Shown here in pieces: positions 10,275 to 18,666 of a stretch of 64,000 nt of DNA. How positions within the stretch are numbered: position 1 is the first letter of the stretch; every line of letters starts with the position of its first letter. The translations under genes were made by a program, and so were the position numbers. Origin of the DNA: Candidatus Woesebacteria bacterium (GTDB lineage Bacteria; Patescibacteriota; Microgenomatia; UBA1400; UBA12108); the NCBI GenBank assembly GCA_018060845.1, contig JAGOVG010000002.1, forward strand, positions 96,213-160,212, given 5' to 3'. The notes below the pieces were generated by a model. It saw only the letters and a program-made list of their open reading frames with translations. It was not told where the DNA came from and searched no databases.

Positions 10275-10532
10275 ATGAGTGTGAATATTAACAGAGAGAA
10301 GACATTGCCAGAAGCTATCAATGAATATAGAGACACGGTAAATTTTACCTATATTTGGATGGCAGCAACAGTTGCAACAAATCTAATTTCTAATTTTGCG
10401 TTAGAAAATAATTTAAATTTAAAAGGCGTTATTGCAGTGGATATGCTTATGTTGTTTGTAAACTTCCTTAATGTCGGTCTATTAACTAGTCACAGAAATC
10501 GAGTCAAGCGTTTAGAAAATGCTCAGAAATAA
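10275..10532 (+). CDS. hypothetical small membrane protein (85 aa, 2 TM)
   Basis: ORF preceded by a TTGCAA-N17-TATACT promoter-like element (about 10232-10260), with the TATACT box 9 nt before the ATG. Confidence 0.35.
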   Translation: MSVNINREKTLPEAINEYRDTVNFTYIWMAATVATNLISNFALENNLNLKGVIAVDMLMLFVNFLNVGLLTSHRNRVKRLENAQK

Positions 10533-10604
10533 CATAGTGTTAAGTACAATCAACGTAGCTCAATTACTTGAATAGATATATTAGTCCAACAAATGAGTGA
10601 TTGA

Positions 10605-11123
10605 TTAGATATTATATCTCGCAACTTTTAGTCCATATCGCGTAGCATAACTTTCTATCAATCGACCAACTGTATGTTCCGGAGGAACAATCATTGTTAT
10701 TGCGTCATGAAGCTCTGGTGTAAGATTTAGTAATTGTACTGCATTAGCAACTAATGAATTATCTAATATTCTGAACGGGGCCGTGATGGGATCAATTCTC
10801 TGGTCTTTAGGAAGTTCTGCCTGCATTAATTCAATTAAGTCGTGAGCTAAAGTACGCCCTATAAATCGATCGGTTTTATTATAACTATAGACATTTACAA
10901 TTGGCTTTACGTCAAAGTCTGCGCCAACTTTAGGTTTCTTAATTCTGTCTTCAGGGCCTGCTCCCATTGAGCCTACTACGATTAAACCTGGCATAACTTC
11001 TTCAAGGTTGTATTTTTCCGATGGTAATAATCGCTCTTTTAACTTATCTCTACCTAATACAAACGCTCTAGATAAAGCATTCATTCGTTGATCGTACTCT
11101 GGTCTACTTAGGAATTCAGTCAT
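10605..11123 (-). CDS. hypothetical protein with weak nucleotidyltransferase-fold-like motif
   Basis: 172 aa. The motif VVGSMGAGPEDRIKKPKVGADFDV resembles hG[GS]...DxD of Pol-beta-type or GrpB-like nucleotidyltransferases, but the spacing is atypical. Confidence 0.45.
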   Translation of the reverse strand: MTEFLSRPEYDQRMNALSRAFVLGRDKLKERLLPSEKYNLEEVMPGLIVVGSMGAGPEDRIKKPKVGADFDVKPIVNVYSYNKTDRFIGRTLAHDLIELMQAELPKDQRIDPITAPFRILDNSLVANAVQLLNLTPELHDAITMIVPPEHTVGRLIESYATRYGLKVARYNI

Positions 11124-11173
11124 ATATCTATAAATTAATATTTAACCTCAAAGTCTCGTCCAATAATAGTTCA

Positions 11174-11635
11174 TCAAGGTCCGACCTTGTAGGTTTGTCC
11201 ATTCACCACCACCTCATCCCCAATCTTTTTACCCAACAGTGCTTTACCCATCGGGCTCTCGATCGAGATTTTGCCATTCATTGGGTCAGCCTCGTAGGTC
11301 CCGACGATCGTATAGCTAAATTCTATGTCATCTGTTCTGACTAATTTAACTGTACTACCCACGCCAATTAACCCATTAGTGAGCGGTGCCATTGCTTTGC
11401 CATATTTAATCTGGAATTGAAGAGTCCTAATCGCGCGATCTGTATCACCCAGCTCAAAGCGGGCTGCCTTATAAGCGCCGTTCTCTGACAGATCTCCCTG
11501 CTCTCTTGCCCTCTGTAGCTCAATTAGTACACGCTCTCGCTTTTTAAAGAGCTCATCTAGTTTTGACTGTAGTGCCGCATAACCAGCTGGTGTAAAGCGA
11601 ATCGGTTCAATAGTTCTCCGAAATATCTTAGCCAT
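11174..11635 (-). CDS. greA: transcription elongation factor GreA
   Basis: 154 aa from the internal Met (MAKIFRR...). The coiled-coil N-domain and the FKBP-like C-domain (GKISIESPMGKALLGKKIGDEV) are typical of GreA. Confidence 0.85.
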   Translation of the reverse strand: MAKIFRRTIEPIRFTPAGYAALQSKLDELFKKRERVLIELQRAREQGDLSENGAYKAARFELGDTDRAIRTLQFQIKYGKAMAPLTNGLIGVGSTVKLVRTDDIEFSYTIVGTYEADPMNGKISIESPMGKALLGKKIGDEVVVNGQTYKVGP

Positions 11636-11714
11636 ATTTGTATAATATACCTCATGAACAGTAAAAAACGTCGCAAAGTCCTCCAGTACTACGCAGTTTT
11701 TCAACAACAAGAAG

Positions 11715-11909
11715 ATGGAGGTTATTCTGTGGGTGCCAGCACTACCTGGATGTACGTCTCAAGGAGATACATTTGAAGAGGCTATTGATAACATCAAAGA
11801 AGCCGTAGGACTCTATCTCCAGGATGATACAAAATCTAAGTATCCCGATCGGTTGAAGGATGAAGTAATCTACTCTGGGGATATGCTCAACATCAGTCTG
11901 TGCAACTAA
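11715..11909 (+). CDS. HicB-like (UPF0150) antitoxin-family protein, orphan
   Basis: 64 aa. The motif WVPALPGCTSQGDTFEEAIDNIKEAVGLYL matches the HicB/UPF0150 signature. I see no HicA-like partner nearby. Confidence 0.5.
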   Translation: MEVILWVPALPGCTSQGDTFEEAIDNIKEAVGLYLQDDTKSKYPDRLKDEVIYSGDMLNISLCN

Positions 11910-11917
11910 CAAGAATA

Positions 11918-12547
11918 TTACTTTGCTTTATATGTAATTCCACGCTCCGACAACACAAAACCTCCTGGCTTTACAATTTGAAAAATTCTAGACAGAGTAT
12001 TGCTGTAAGAAATCTCTGGATACATGAGCGCAGATTTTACACAAAGCACACCATCAAAACGGTTTCTGTAGCGCTCTACAAGATTACTCTCAATAAGATG
12101 AAAGTCTCCCATGCTATAGTTTGATATACTTGAGTTCATAAGCGTTGCCCTTGCTGAAAGTGTAGTTAGTAGATCAATTACGGGTTTTGACTCGTGGTTA
12201 CTATTAATCGCAGAAGTTATTAGGTGAGTGTAAATGCTGTAGTCGTCGAGACCGCACGCTGCTCTCAAGCTTACTGATGTTTCTAAACTCGCTGGATAAA
12301 ACTGTGATAATCCAGGACCTATTTCAAATATATCTAGATTTTCTGTATTCTGAGGTAAACCGAGTCGGTAATAGTCATCATCACTCGCCCAGGTAACTGT
12401 ATAAGGATGATTGTCAATCGATACCACATCATTTGGGTACACGGTTAATGCCTTGCGTTCGAGTGTATAGCAAGTAGAAGCTTCATTCTGACTTCTAACT
12501 ACTGTATGACGTTCGTAGGTATATTTCTCTGTACTATGATGACCCAT
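11918..12547 (-). CDS. class I SAM-dependent methyltransferase with about 80-aa N-terminal extension
   Basis: Motif I-like EIGPGLSQ is present. The acidic VLCVKSALMYPE and post-III VKPGGFVLS motifs are also present. Confidence 0.55.
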   Translation of the reverse strand: MGHHSTEKYTYERHTVVRSQNEASTCYTLERKALTVYPNDVVSIDNHPYTVTWASDDDYYRLGLPQNTENLDIFEIGPGLSQFYPASLETSVSLRAACGLDDYSIYTHLITSAINSNHESKPVIDLLTTLSARATLMNSSISNYSMGDFHLIESNLVERYRNRFDGVLCVKSALMYPEISYSNTLSRIFQIVKPGGFVLSERGITYKAK

Positions 12548-12614
12548 ATAATTATATTATATACAACTTGATTCCCATCAAGCAAATCACACTATGTTAT
12601 ACTACATCCAACAA

Positions 12615-12775
12615 ATGCGCTATTAGTCCCGCAATCACGGGACGAGCAGGGGAAAGAAATTCGCTTATGCGAATCTAGAATCCCCCGGGAACAGCCCGTT
12701 ACAGCTTGTGTGAGTTAATTAAAAGGTGGCACCGTCTTTATTTATAAAGACCCTTTTTGTAAGGGTCTTTTTTGG
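12615..12775 (+). promoter_or_regulatory. putative T-box riboswitch leader of ileS
   Basis: The sequence AATTAAAAGGTGGCACCG (12715-12734) resembles the T-box consensus AAUUAGGGUGGNACCGCG. The candidate specifier region GAATCTAGAATCC contains two AUC (Ile) triplets. A 7-bp antiterminator hairpin GTCTTTA/TAAAGAC (12734-12751) overlaps the 5' arm of the downstream terminator, so the two structures are mutually exclusive. Confidence 0.5.
12747..12773 (+). terminator. intrinsic terminator (attenuator) of the ileS leader
   Basis: The hairpin AAGACCC-tttttgt-AAGGGTCTT is followed by TTTTTT and ends about 15 nt before the ileS SD/ATG. Confidence 0.55.
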
Positions 12776-12790
12776 TATTATGGAGTTAAT

Positions 12791-15571
12791 ATGGCCAAAC
12801 TAAAACAAGTTGATACAACTAAGCCACTCAATCATTCAGAACACGAAGAAGATGTGCTCACCTATTGGGACGAGACGAAGGCGTTTGAGCATAGTGTAAC
12901 CGAAAAAAAAGGTGACAAATCCTACGTTTTCTACGATGGTCCACCCTTTGCTACCGGCCTCCCTCACTACGGTCACCTCTTAGCTAGTACCGCCAAGGAC
13001 GTGGTGCCACGCTACTGGACCATGAAAGGCTACAAGGTCGAGCGTACCTGGGGCTGGGACTGTCATGGTGTGCCTATCGAGAACATGATCGAGGGCGAGC
13101 TAGGACTAAAAGGCGGCAAAAAGGGTATCGAAGAATTTGGAATCGCCAACTTTAACAACGCCTGTCGTGCCAGTATCCTCCGCTACGACGCAGAATGGAA
13201 AAAGACGATTCGTAGGCTCGGCCGTTGGGTCGACATGGACAACTCCTACATGACCATGGACAAGACATTTATGGAGTCGGTCTGGTGGGCGTTTGCCGAG
13301 TTGTACAAAAAAGGTTTGGTTTACGAAGGTCGCAAGGTCATCCTCTACTGTCCCCGCTGCTCCACCCCGCTCAGCAACTTTGAGATAGCAATGGATAATA
13401 GTTACAAAGATGTCGAGTCGCACTCACTTACTGTCAAATTTAAGAAGAATGGTACAGAAAATGAGTATTTTGTTGCCTGGACCACTACTCCCTGGACACT
13501 ACCTGGTAACGTAGGTCTCGCCGTTAATCCAAACGAATCCTACGTTCAAGTCAAAAATGGTGACGAGCTTCTATGGTTTGCCGAGGCTCGTGCACCAAAA
13601 GAACTAGAAGTAATAAAGACTGTTATAGGTAGCGAGCTCGTCGGCTCTAGCTACGAACCATTGTTCTCATACCTCCCAGTGGGAGACCAAAAAGCCTTTG
13701 TCGTGATCCCTGCAGATTTTGTGAGTATGGAAGACGGGACAGGTATCGTCCACACCGCCGCGATCTACGGCGAGGATGACTATAGAGTCTCGGTCGAGCA
13801 GGGCTTGCCCACTATCCCAATGTTAGATGACCAGGGTCATTTCTTAGATTTTGTCACAGATCTCAAGGGGCAGTACTACCTCAAAACTCAAAAATGGATC
13901 ATCGAAAATCTTGAGAGTCGCAATTTAGTCTACAAAAGTGAGATGACCTCCCATTCCTACCCATTCTGCTACCGATGTGGAACAGCACTTTTTTACAATG
14001 CGCTCCCTGCCTACTTTATAAACATCCAAAAGATCAAAAATGATTTGTCCACTGCTAACGAGTCCATCAACTGGTATCCATCTTTCCTCAAAAAAGGCCG
14101 CTTTGGTAAGGGTCTAGAGACTGCGCCCGACTGGAACATTAGTCGCTCCAGGTATTGGGGTACCCCCATGCCTATCTGGAAAGGCGACAAAACTGGCAAA
14201 ATCAGAGTAATTGGTAGCATTGCCGAATTACAAAAATGGCTCGTAGGGGAGGACCCCCGTGTCCGCCCACTAGACGACATCCACCGTGAATATGTTGATG
14301 ATCTCAAAGTCTGGGTCGACGATGAGAAAACAGAGGAGGGGACTAGGATCAAAGATGTCTTTGATTGCTGGATCGAGAGCGGTAGTATGCCCTATGCGAG
14401 CGTCCACTATCCCTTTGAGCACAAAGAAGTCTTTGAGTCTCGCTACCCAGCGCAGTACATCGTCGAGTACATCGCGCAGACCAGAGCCTGGTTCTATACA
14501 CTCCACGTCATGTCTGTGGCCCTCTTTGGCAAGCCAGCTTTTGAGAACGCAGTAACTACCGGCACGATCCTGGCCGAGGATGGCACCAAGATGAGCAAGA
14601 GCAAAAAGAACTATCCCGATGTTAATGTCTTGATTGGCAAGTTTGGTGTCGACTCGCTCCGCCTTTATCTAATGAGTAGTGTAGTCATGAAAGCCGACAA
14701 TCTTAACTTTAGCGAGAGCGCAGTAGATGATGTTCGCAAAAACGTCATGAACATTTGGTGGAATATTTTTGTGTATTACCAAACATATTGTAATGATGTA
14801 GAGGTCGACGCCTCTGTCGAGCCAAAACACCCGTTGGATAGATGGTTGTTATCCAAGCTAGAGAGTTTGACCGAGCTCGTGACCAAAAGCATGGATAACT
14901 ATGACGTAGTAGGTGCCACTAGACCACTCATGGCTTTTGCCAAAGAATTCTCAACATGGTATGTCAGACTCTCCCGCGAACGCCTAAGGGATGATAAGAC
15001 TAGTCAAGCAGTCTTTGGTTATGCGCTCTCCAAATACAATTTATTAATGGCTCCTTTTACGCCCTTTATGGCCGAGCGTATCTACCAATTATTGCCTCAC
15101 ACCAAAGACTCGATCCATCTCGAGGAATGGCCAAGTGTAAATACAGAGCTCGTAGATACTAAGCTCGAATCAGATATGGATATAGTCATGGATATCGTTG
15201 AGTCAGCGCACGCACTGCGCAAAAACTCTAACCTTAGGCTCCGCCAACCACTAGCAAGCTTGACCATCAACCACGAGCTAAGCAAAGATCTATTAGACGT
15301 CATCAAAAACGAGCTAAATGTTAAAGAAATAAAGGTGGGGACTGATCTCATGCTCGACACCATCCTTACCCCCGAGCTCGTAGACGAGGGTAAAGCGCGG
15401 GACCTCATGCGTGACATCCAGGGAGCACGCAAAAAACAAGGTCTAAAACCTCAGGACAAAATAACAGTTGTAGTACCTGCCTTCCCTGAGTCATGGGCAG
15501 AAGAGATCAAAGCAAAAGTAGGCGCAACAAGCCTAACTATAGGGGACTCGCTCATTGTCACTAAGGTCTAA
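12791..15571 (+). CDS. ileS: isoleucyl-tRNA synthetase
   Basis: 926 aa. The HIGH-region PPFATGLPHYGHLL and the KMSKS motif (KMSKSKKNYPD) are present. The WCISR-like and editing-domain regions of the Ile/Val/Leu RS family are also present. Confidence 0.9.
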   Translation: MAKLKQVDTTKPLNHSEHEEDVLTYWDETKAFEHSVTEKKGDKSYVFYDGPPFATGLPHYGHLLASTAKDVVPRYWTMKGYKVERTWGWDCHGVPIENMIEGELGLKGGKKGIEEFGIANFNNACRASILRYDAEWKKTIRRLGRWVDMDNSYMTMDKTFMESVWWAFAELYKKGLVYEGRKVILYCPRCSTPLSNFEIAMDNSYKDVESHSLTVKFKKNGTENEYFVAWTTTPWTLPGNVGLAVNPNESYVQVKNGDELLWFAEARAPKELEVIKTVIGSELVGSSYEPLFSYLPVGDQKAFVVIPADFVSMEDGTGIVHTAAIYGEDDYRVSVEQGLPTIPMLDDQGHFLDFVTDLKGQYYLKTQKWIIENLESRNLVYKSEMTSHSYPFCYRCGTALFYNALPAYFINIQKIKNDLSTANESINWYPSFLKKGRFGKGLETAPDWNISRSRYWGTPMPIWKGDKTGKIRVIGSIAELQKWLVGEDPRVRPLDDIHREYVDDLKVWVDDEKTEEGTRIKDVFDCWIESGSMPYASVHYPFEHKEVFESRYPAQYIVEYIAQTRAWFYTLHVMSVALFGKPAFENAVTTGTILAEDGTKMSKSKKNYPDVNVLIGKFGVDSLRLYLMSSVVMKADNLNFSESAVDDVRKNVMNIWWNIFVYYQTYCNDVEVDASVEPKHPLDRWLLSKLESLTELVTKSMDNYDVVGATRPLMAFAKEFSTWYVRLSRERLRDDKTSQAVFGYALSKYNLLMAPFTPFMAERIYQLLPHTKDSIHLEEWPSVNTELVDTKLESDMDIVMDIVESAHALRKNSNLRLRQPLASLTINHELSKDLLDVIKNELNVKEIKVGTDLMLDTILTPELVDEGKARDLMRDIQGARKKQGLKPQDKITVVVPAFPESWAEEIKAKVGATSLTIGDSLIVTKV

Positions 15572-15576
15572 ACATT

Positions 15577-16647
15577 ATGCGATTGCATGCTGACCCACTC
15601 CTCCTTTTGGGATACGCTCTCGGCAGCTGTCTAAGCCTCGTCATGCTCGGTTCTGTCTCGCCAGATCGCTTTGTACAACAAGCCATAATCCTGGTCGTAG
15701 GTCTATTTATCTTCCTTTACTTATCGCGCCAAGAAGACAGTGTCTATAAATCTTTTGCGGCCTTTGGATACATCGGTAGTATTATCGCCTTGATCGTGAC
15801 TATTATCTTTGCCGCTAGTACTCGCGGCACACTTAGTTGGCTAGACATTGGTGGTTTTCGTTTTCAGCCGTCAGAATTAACCAAGCCATTTCTAATACTC
15901 GCATTTGCCTATATCCTCGAGCACTTTCCACCAAAAAATATACTAAATATCTTGATTAACACGGCTAGCTTTGCGGTCCCAGCTGTCTTGGTCTTGTTGC
16001 AGCCAGACCTAGGCACCACTTTGGTCATTACTGCGATCTGGCTGACGCAGGTTTTTATCGCCGGCATTCCGTGGCGATATATTGCTATCGGTACGGTTAT
16101 TTTTGTCGCCTCACTCCCACTCGTTTATAGCAATTTACAAGATTACCAGGTCAAACGTTTGACTACTTTTCTCGACCCTTTTGCTGACCCACTAGGTAGT
16201 GGCTATAACGTGATCCAGAGTATGATCGCCGTCGGCTCAGGTGGGATATTGGGCAAAGGGCTGGGGCAGGGGACCCAGAGCCACCTTAGGTTCTTGCCCG
16301 AGCGTCACACCGATTTTGCATACGCTTCAGTCGCCGAAGAGTTAGGCCTCCTGGGATCCATTAGCATGCTCGCTGTCGCCGGGATCTTTATTTTTCGCCA
16401 CCTCACATATCTAACTAAGGCCGATTCACGTCAAAATCGCTCGATTCTCGCAGGTGCTCTTGCCTATTTTACTTTTCAGTCGATCGTAAATATTGGCATG
16501 AACATCGGTATCGTTCCAGTTACTGGTATTACCCTGCCTCTTATCTCATATGGTGGCAGCTCCATCCTCTCGACCGCCATGATCCTCGGTCTCTCTAGTA
16601 GCATTATTAATGGTGCCAAACACAAACGCTTGCTAGAAATCCGGTAA
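15577..16647 (+). CDS. rodA: second SEDS-family protein (RodA-like)
   Basis: 356-aa polytopic membrane protein with FtsW/RodA motifs (LQPDLGT, PERHTDFA, ISYGGSS). It is distinct from the dcw-cluster FtsW. Confidence 0.7.
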   Translation: MRLHADPLLLLGYALGSCLSLVMLGSVSPDRFVQQAIILVVGLFIFLYLSRQEDSVYKSFAAFGYIGSIIALIVTIIFAASTRGTLSWLDIGGFRFQPSELTKPFLILAFAYILEHFPPKNILNILINTASFAVPAVLVLLQPDLGTTLVITAIWLTQVFIAGIPWRYIAIGTVIFVASLPLVYSNLQDYQVKRLTTFLDPFADPLGSGYNVIQSMIAVGSGGILGKGLGQGTQSHLRFLPERHTDFAYASVAEELGLLGSISMLAVAGIFIFRHLTYLTKADSRQNRSILAGALAYFTFQSIVNIGMNIGIVPVTGITLPLISYGGSSILSTAMILGLSSSIINGAKHKRLLEIR

Positions 16648-16744
16648 CTAGGGCCTGTGCCTCAACACTACCCAGATGCAAAATATGGCTGAATAAGCCT
16701 AAAAGATTGCCATCTGGTATGTGTGTGGTATATAATCCACATCT

Positions 16745-17197
16745 ATGCACTACGCAATAATCAAGACAGGTAGCAAACAGTATCAGGCAATCGCTGGTAA
16801 GACTCTCAAAGTCGAGAAACTCGACATAGCAGAGGGTGCTGTTGTCTTTGACCAAGTCCTCCTCCATGTTGACGGCGACAAAGTCGAGCTAGGTGCTCCA
16901 GTCCTATCTGGTATCAAGGTATTTGGTACCGCCATGGGTACTCTCAAAGCCGACAAAATCCAGGTCTTCAAATACAAAAGTAAATCACGTTATCGCAAGC
17001 TCCGCGGTCACCGCCAACCCTATACTCTAGTCAAAATCGAGAGTATCGGTACAGAGCCCGCCAAAGTAGTCAAAGAAGTTAAAGAAGTCAAAAAGGTAGA
17101 AAAAGCTGTAAAAGTCGAAAAGGCAGAAAAAGTAGTTAAAGTAGCCAAAAAAGCACCAGCTAAGAAACCAGCAGTTAAAAAAGCCGCTGCTAAATAA
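16745..17197 (+). CDS. rplU: ribosomal protein L21 with Lys/Ala-rich C-terminal tail
   Basis: The L21 core (MHYAIIKTGSKQYQ...YRKLRGHRQPYT) is followed by about 45 aa of KVEK/AKK repeats. Confidence 0.85.
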   Translation: MHYAIIKTGSKQYQAIAGKTLKVEKLDIAEGAVVFDQVLLHVDGDKVELGAPVLSGIKVFGTAMGTLKADKIQVFKYKSKSRYRKLRGHRQPYTLVKIESIGTEPAKVVKEVKEVKKVEKAVKVEKAEKVVKVAKKAPAKKPAVKKAAAK

Positions 17198-17238
17198 ACT
17201 TTTTATCCCCAGGTCCTTAAGAGGTATATACTCTCCTC

Positions 17239-18342
17239 ATGTACTATTATTTTCTCGGAAATACTCCACCCCTTAGTCAATTAGAACTAGAGAGTGTTAC
17301 CCATTCAGAGTTTGAGGCCGTAACTTCACATATTATTAGAGGAATAGAGGACGAGGCGCTCATGCCACGGATCTCGACAGTTGGTGGGCTACGCAAAGTG
17401 GCCAAGACCGTAAAGACCGGTCTCAAAAATGACGTAATTACGCTGTTGGAGGAGTCGCTAAAGGATGTGCCCAACAAAAATGTGGCAATAACTGATTATG
17501 CAAATGTATCTCTAGATAAGTCCGATCTCCACACTCTCAAAACAAATGTCACTCGTCCTATCCGCTTTGTCAGCATGGACACAGGTGAGCATGAGCTAGT
17601 CATGCTCTCGCACCAGCACGTCGCCGAGCTCAATATATTGCCAGATCCAAAAGAAGAGGCGAGTGTAGTAGTTGCTCTTACCAACTGGATCTTTGACGCC
17701 GAGGATTGGATTAAGCGTGACAGAAACAAACCATATCGTGACATCAAACGCGGTATGCTGCCACCAAAAGTGGCTCGGATCATGGCTAACCTGGCACTAC
17801 GCGGTGATGATGCAAAATCTCTCTACGACCCTTTCTGTGGCACCGGCACAGTCCTGACTGAGGCGGCACTACTGGGTTCTAAAACTCTCTATGGCTCAGA
17901 CACCAATCCCAACGCAATAACCGGGTCCGTAGCCAACCTAGACTGGCTCTGTGACATTTATCGTTTAGAGGGCACCAAATACCAGATCCAGTTAGCTGAT
18001 GCGACTCACCCTCCATATGCATCAGTCGACTGTATAGCCACCGAACCCTATATGGGTCCACTCTTAGATGAGCGAAACCCACTACCCTTGGACAAAATCA
18101 AAGATATCGCCCGTGGCCTCGACAAACTCTACCGTGGTGCCTTTAAATCTTGGCATAATATCCTGCCAGTCGGAGGGAGGGTAGTTATGACTATCCCCAG
18201 TTTTGCGGTGTATGGCCGGGTGATCCCGACTATTTCCGTTGACACATTAGTATCTCTCGGCTACAATTACATCTCGTCAGTCGCTTATGGCAAACCAGGG
18301 GCGACAGTCATTCGAAACATTACAATATTAGAGAAAAAATAA
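17239..18342 (+). CDS. amino-group (N2-G / N6-A class) SAM-dependent methyltransferase, RNA or r-protein modifying
   Basis: 367 aa. Motif I DPFCGTGT is typical of RlmL/Trm11/RsmC-type enzymes. A (D/N)PPY-like motif IATEPYMG is also present. It sits between rplU and rpmA. Confidence 0.6.
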   Translation: MYYYFLGNTPPLSQLELESVTHSEFEAVTSHIIRGIEDEALMPRISTVGGLRKVAKTVKTGLKNDVITLLEESLKDVPNKNVAITDYANVSLDKSDLHTLKTNVTRPIRFVSMDTGEHELVMLSHQHVAELNILPDPKEEASVVVALTNWIFDAEDWIKRDRNKPYRDIKRGMLPPKVARIMANLALRGDDAKSLYDPFCGTGTVLTEAALLGSKTLYGSDTNPNAITGSVANLDWLCDIYRLEGTKYQIQLADATHPPYASVDCIATEPYMGPLLDERNPLPLDKIKDIARGLDKLYRGAFKSWHNILPVGGRVVMTIPSFAVYGRVIPTISVDTLVSLGYNYISSVAYGKPGATVIRNITILEKK

Positions 18343-18346
18343 TACT

Positions 18347-18598
18347 ATGTCACACGTCAAGTCAGGTGGAGCAACACGTCAATCAACAACTAGACCCGGC
18401 AAGCGTCGTGGCGTCAAGATCTACGGTAGCGAAAAGATCAAGACAGGCCAGATCATCCTCCGACAGGTTGGTACTCGTACCAGACCAGGCGTTGGCGTAG
18501 GTATGGGTCGCGATTACACTCTCTTTGCCATGAAAGACGGGATAGTCAAATTCTTTACTCGTGTAGGCAAGCAGTTCGTCTCAGTAGTCTCAAAATAA
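18347..18598 (+). CDS. rpmA: ribosomal protein L27
   Basis: 83 aa with KSGGATR...GVKIYG...ILRQVGTRTRPGVGVGMGRDYTLFA, which is L27. It has no Prp-cleavable N-extension. Confidence 0.9.
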   Translation: MSHVKSGGATRQSTTRPGKRRGVKIYGSEKIKTGQIILRQVGTRTRPGVGVGMGRDYTLFAMKDGIVKFFTRVGKQFVSVVSK

Positions 18599-18666
18599 TT
18601 TTCTGCTCTAGTCAGATCTACTCTGTCATCTTTTCACGCGTTGTCGTTTCATGCTAATCTCTTAGT

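Noticed and set aside
11900-12124. 74-aa + strand ORF downstream of the HicB-like gene, considered as a possible HicA partner
   Set aside because: It is antisense to the methyltransferase gene and lacks the HicA motif. It has no basic RNA-binding signature.
13106-15432. Several minus-strand ORFs of 80-110 aa inside ileS
   Set aside because: They are antisense to a 926-aa aaRS with intact HIGH and KMSKS motifs. They are spurious.
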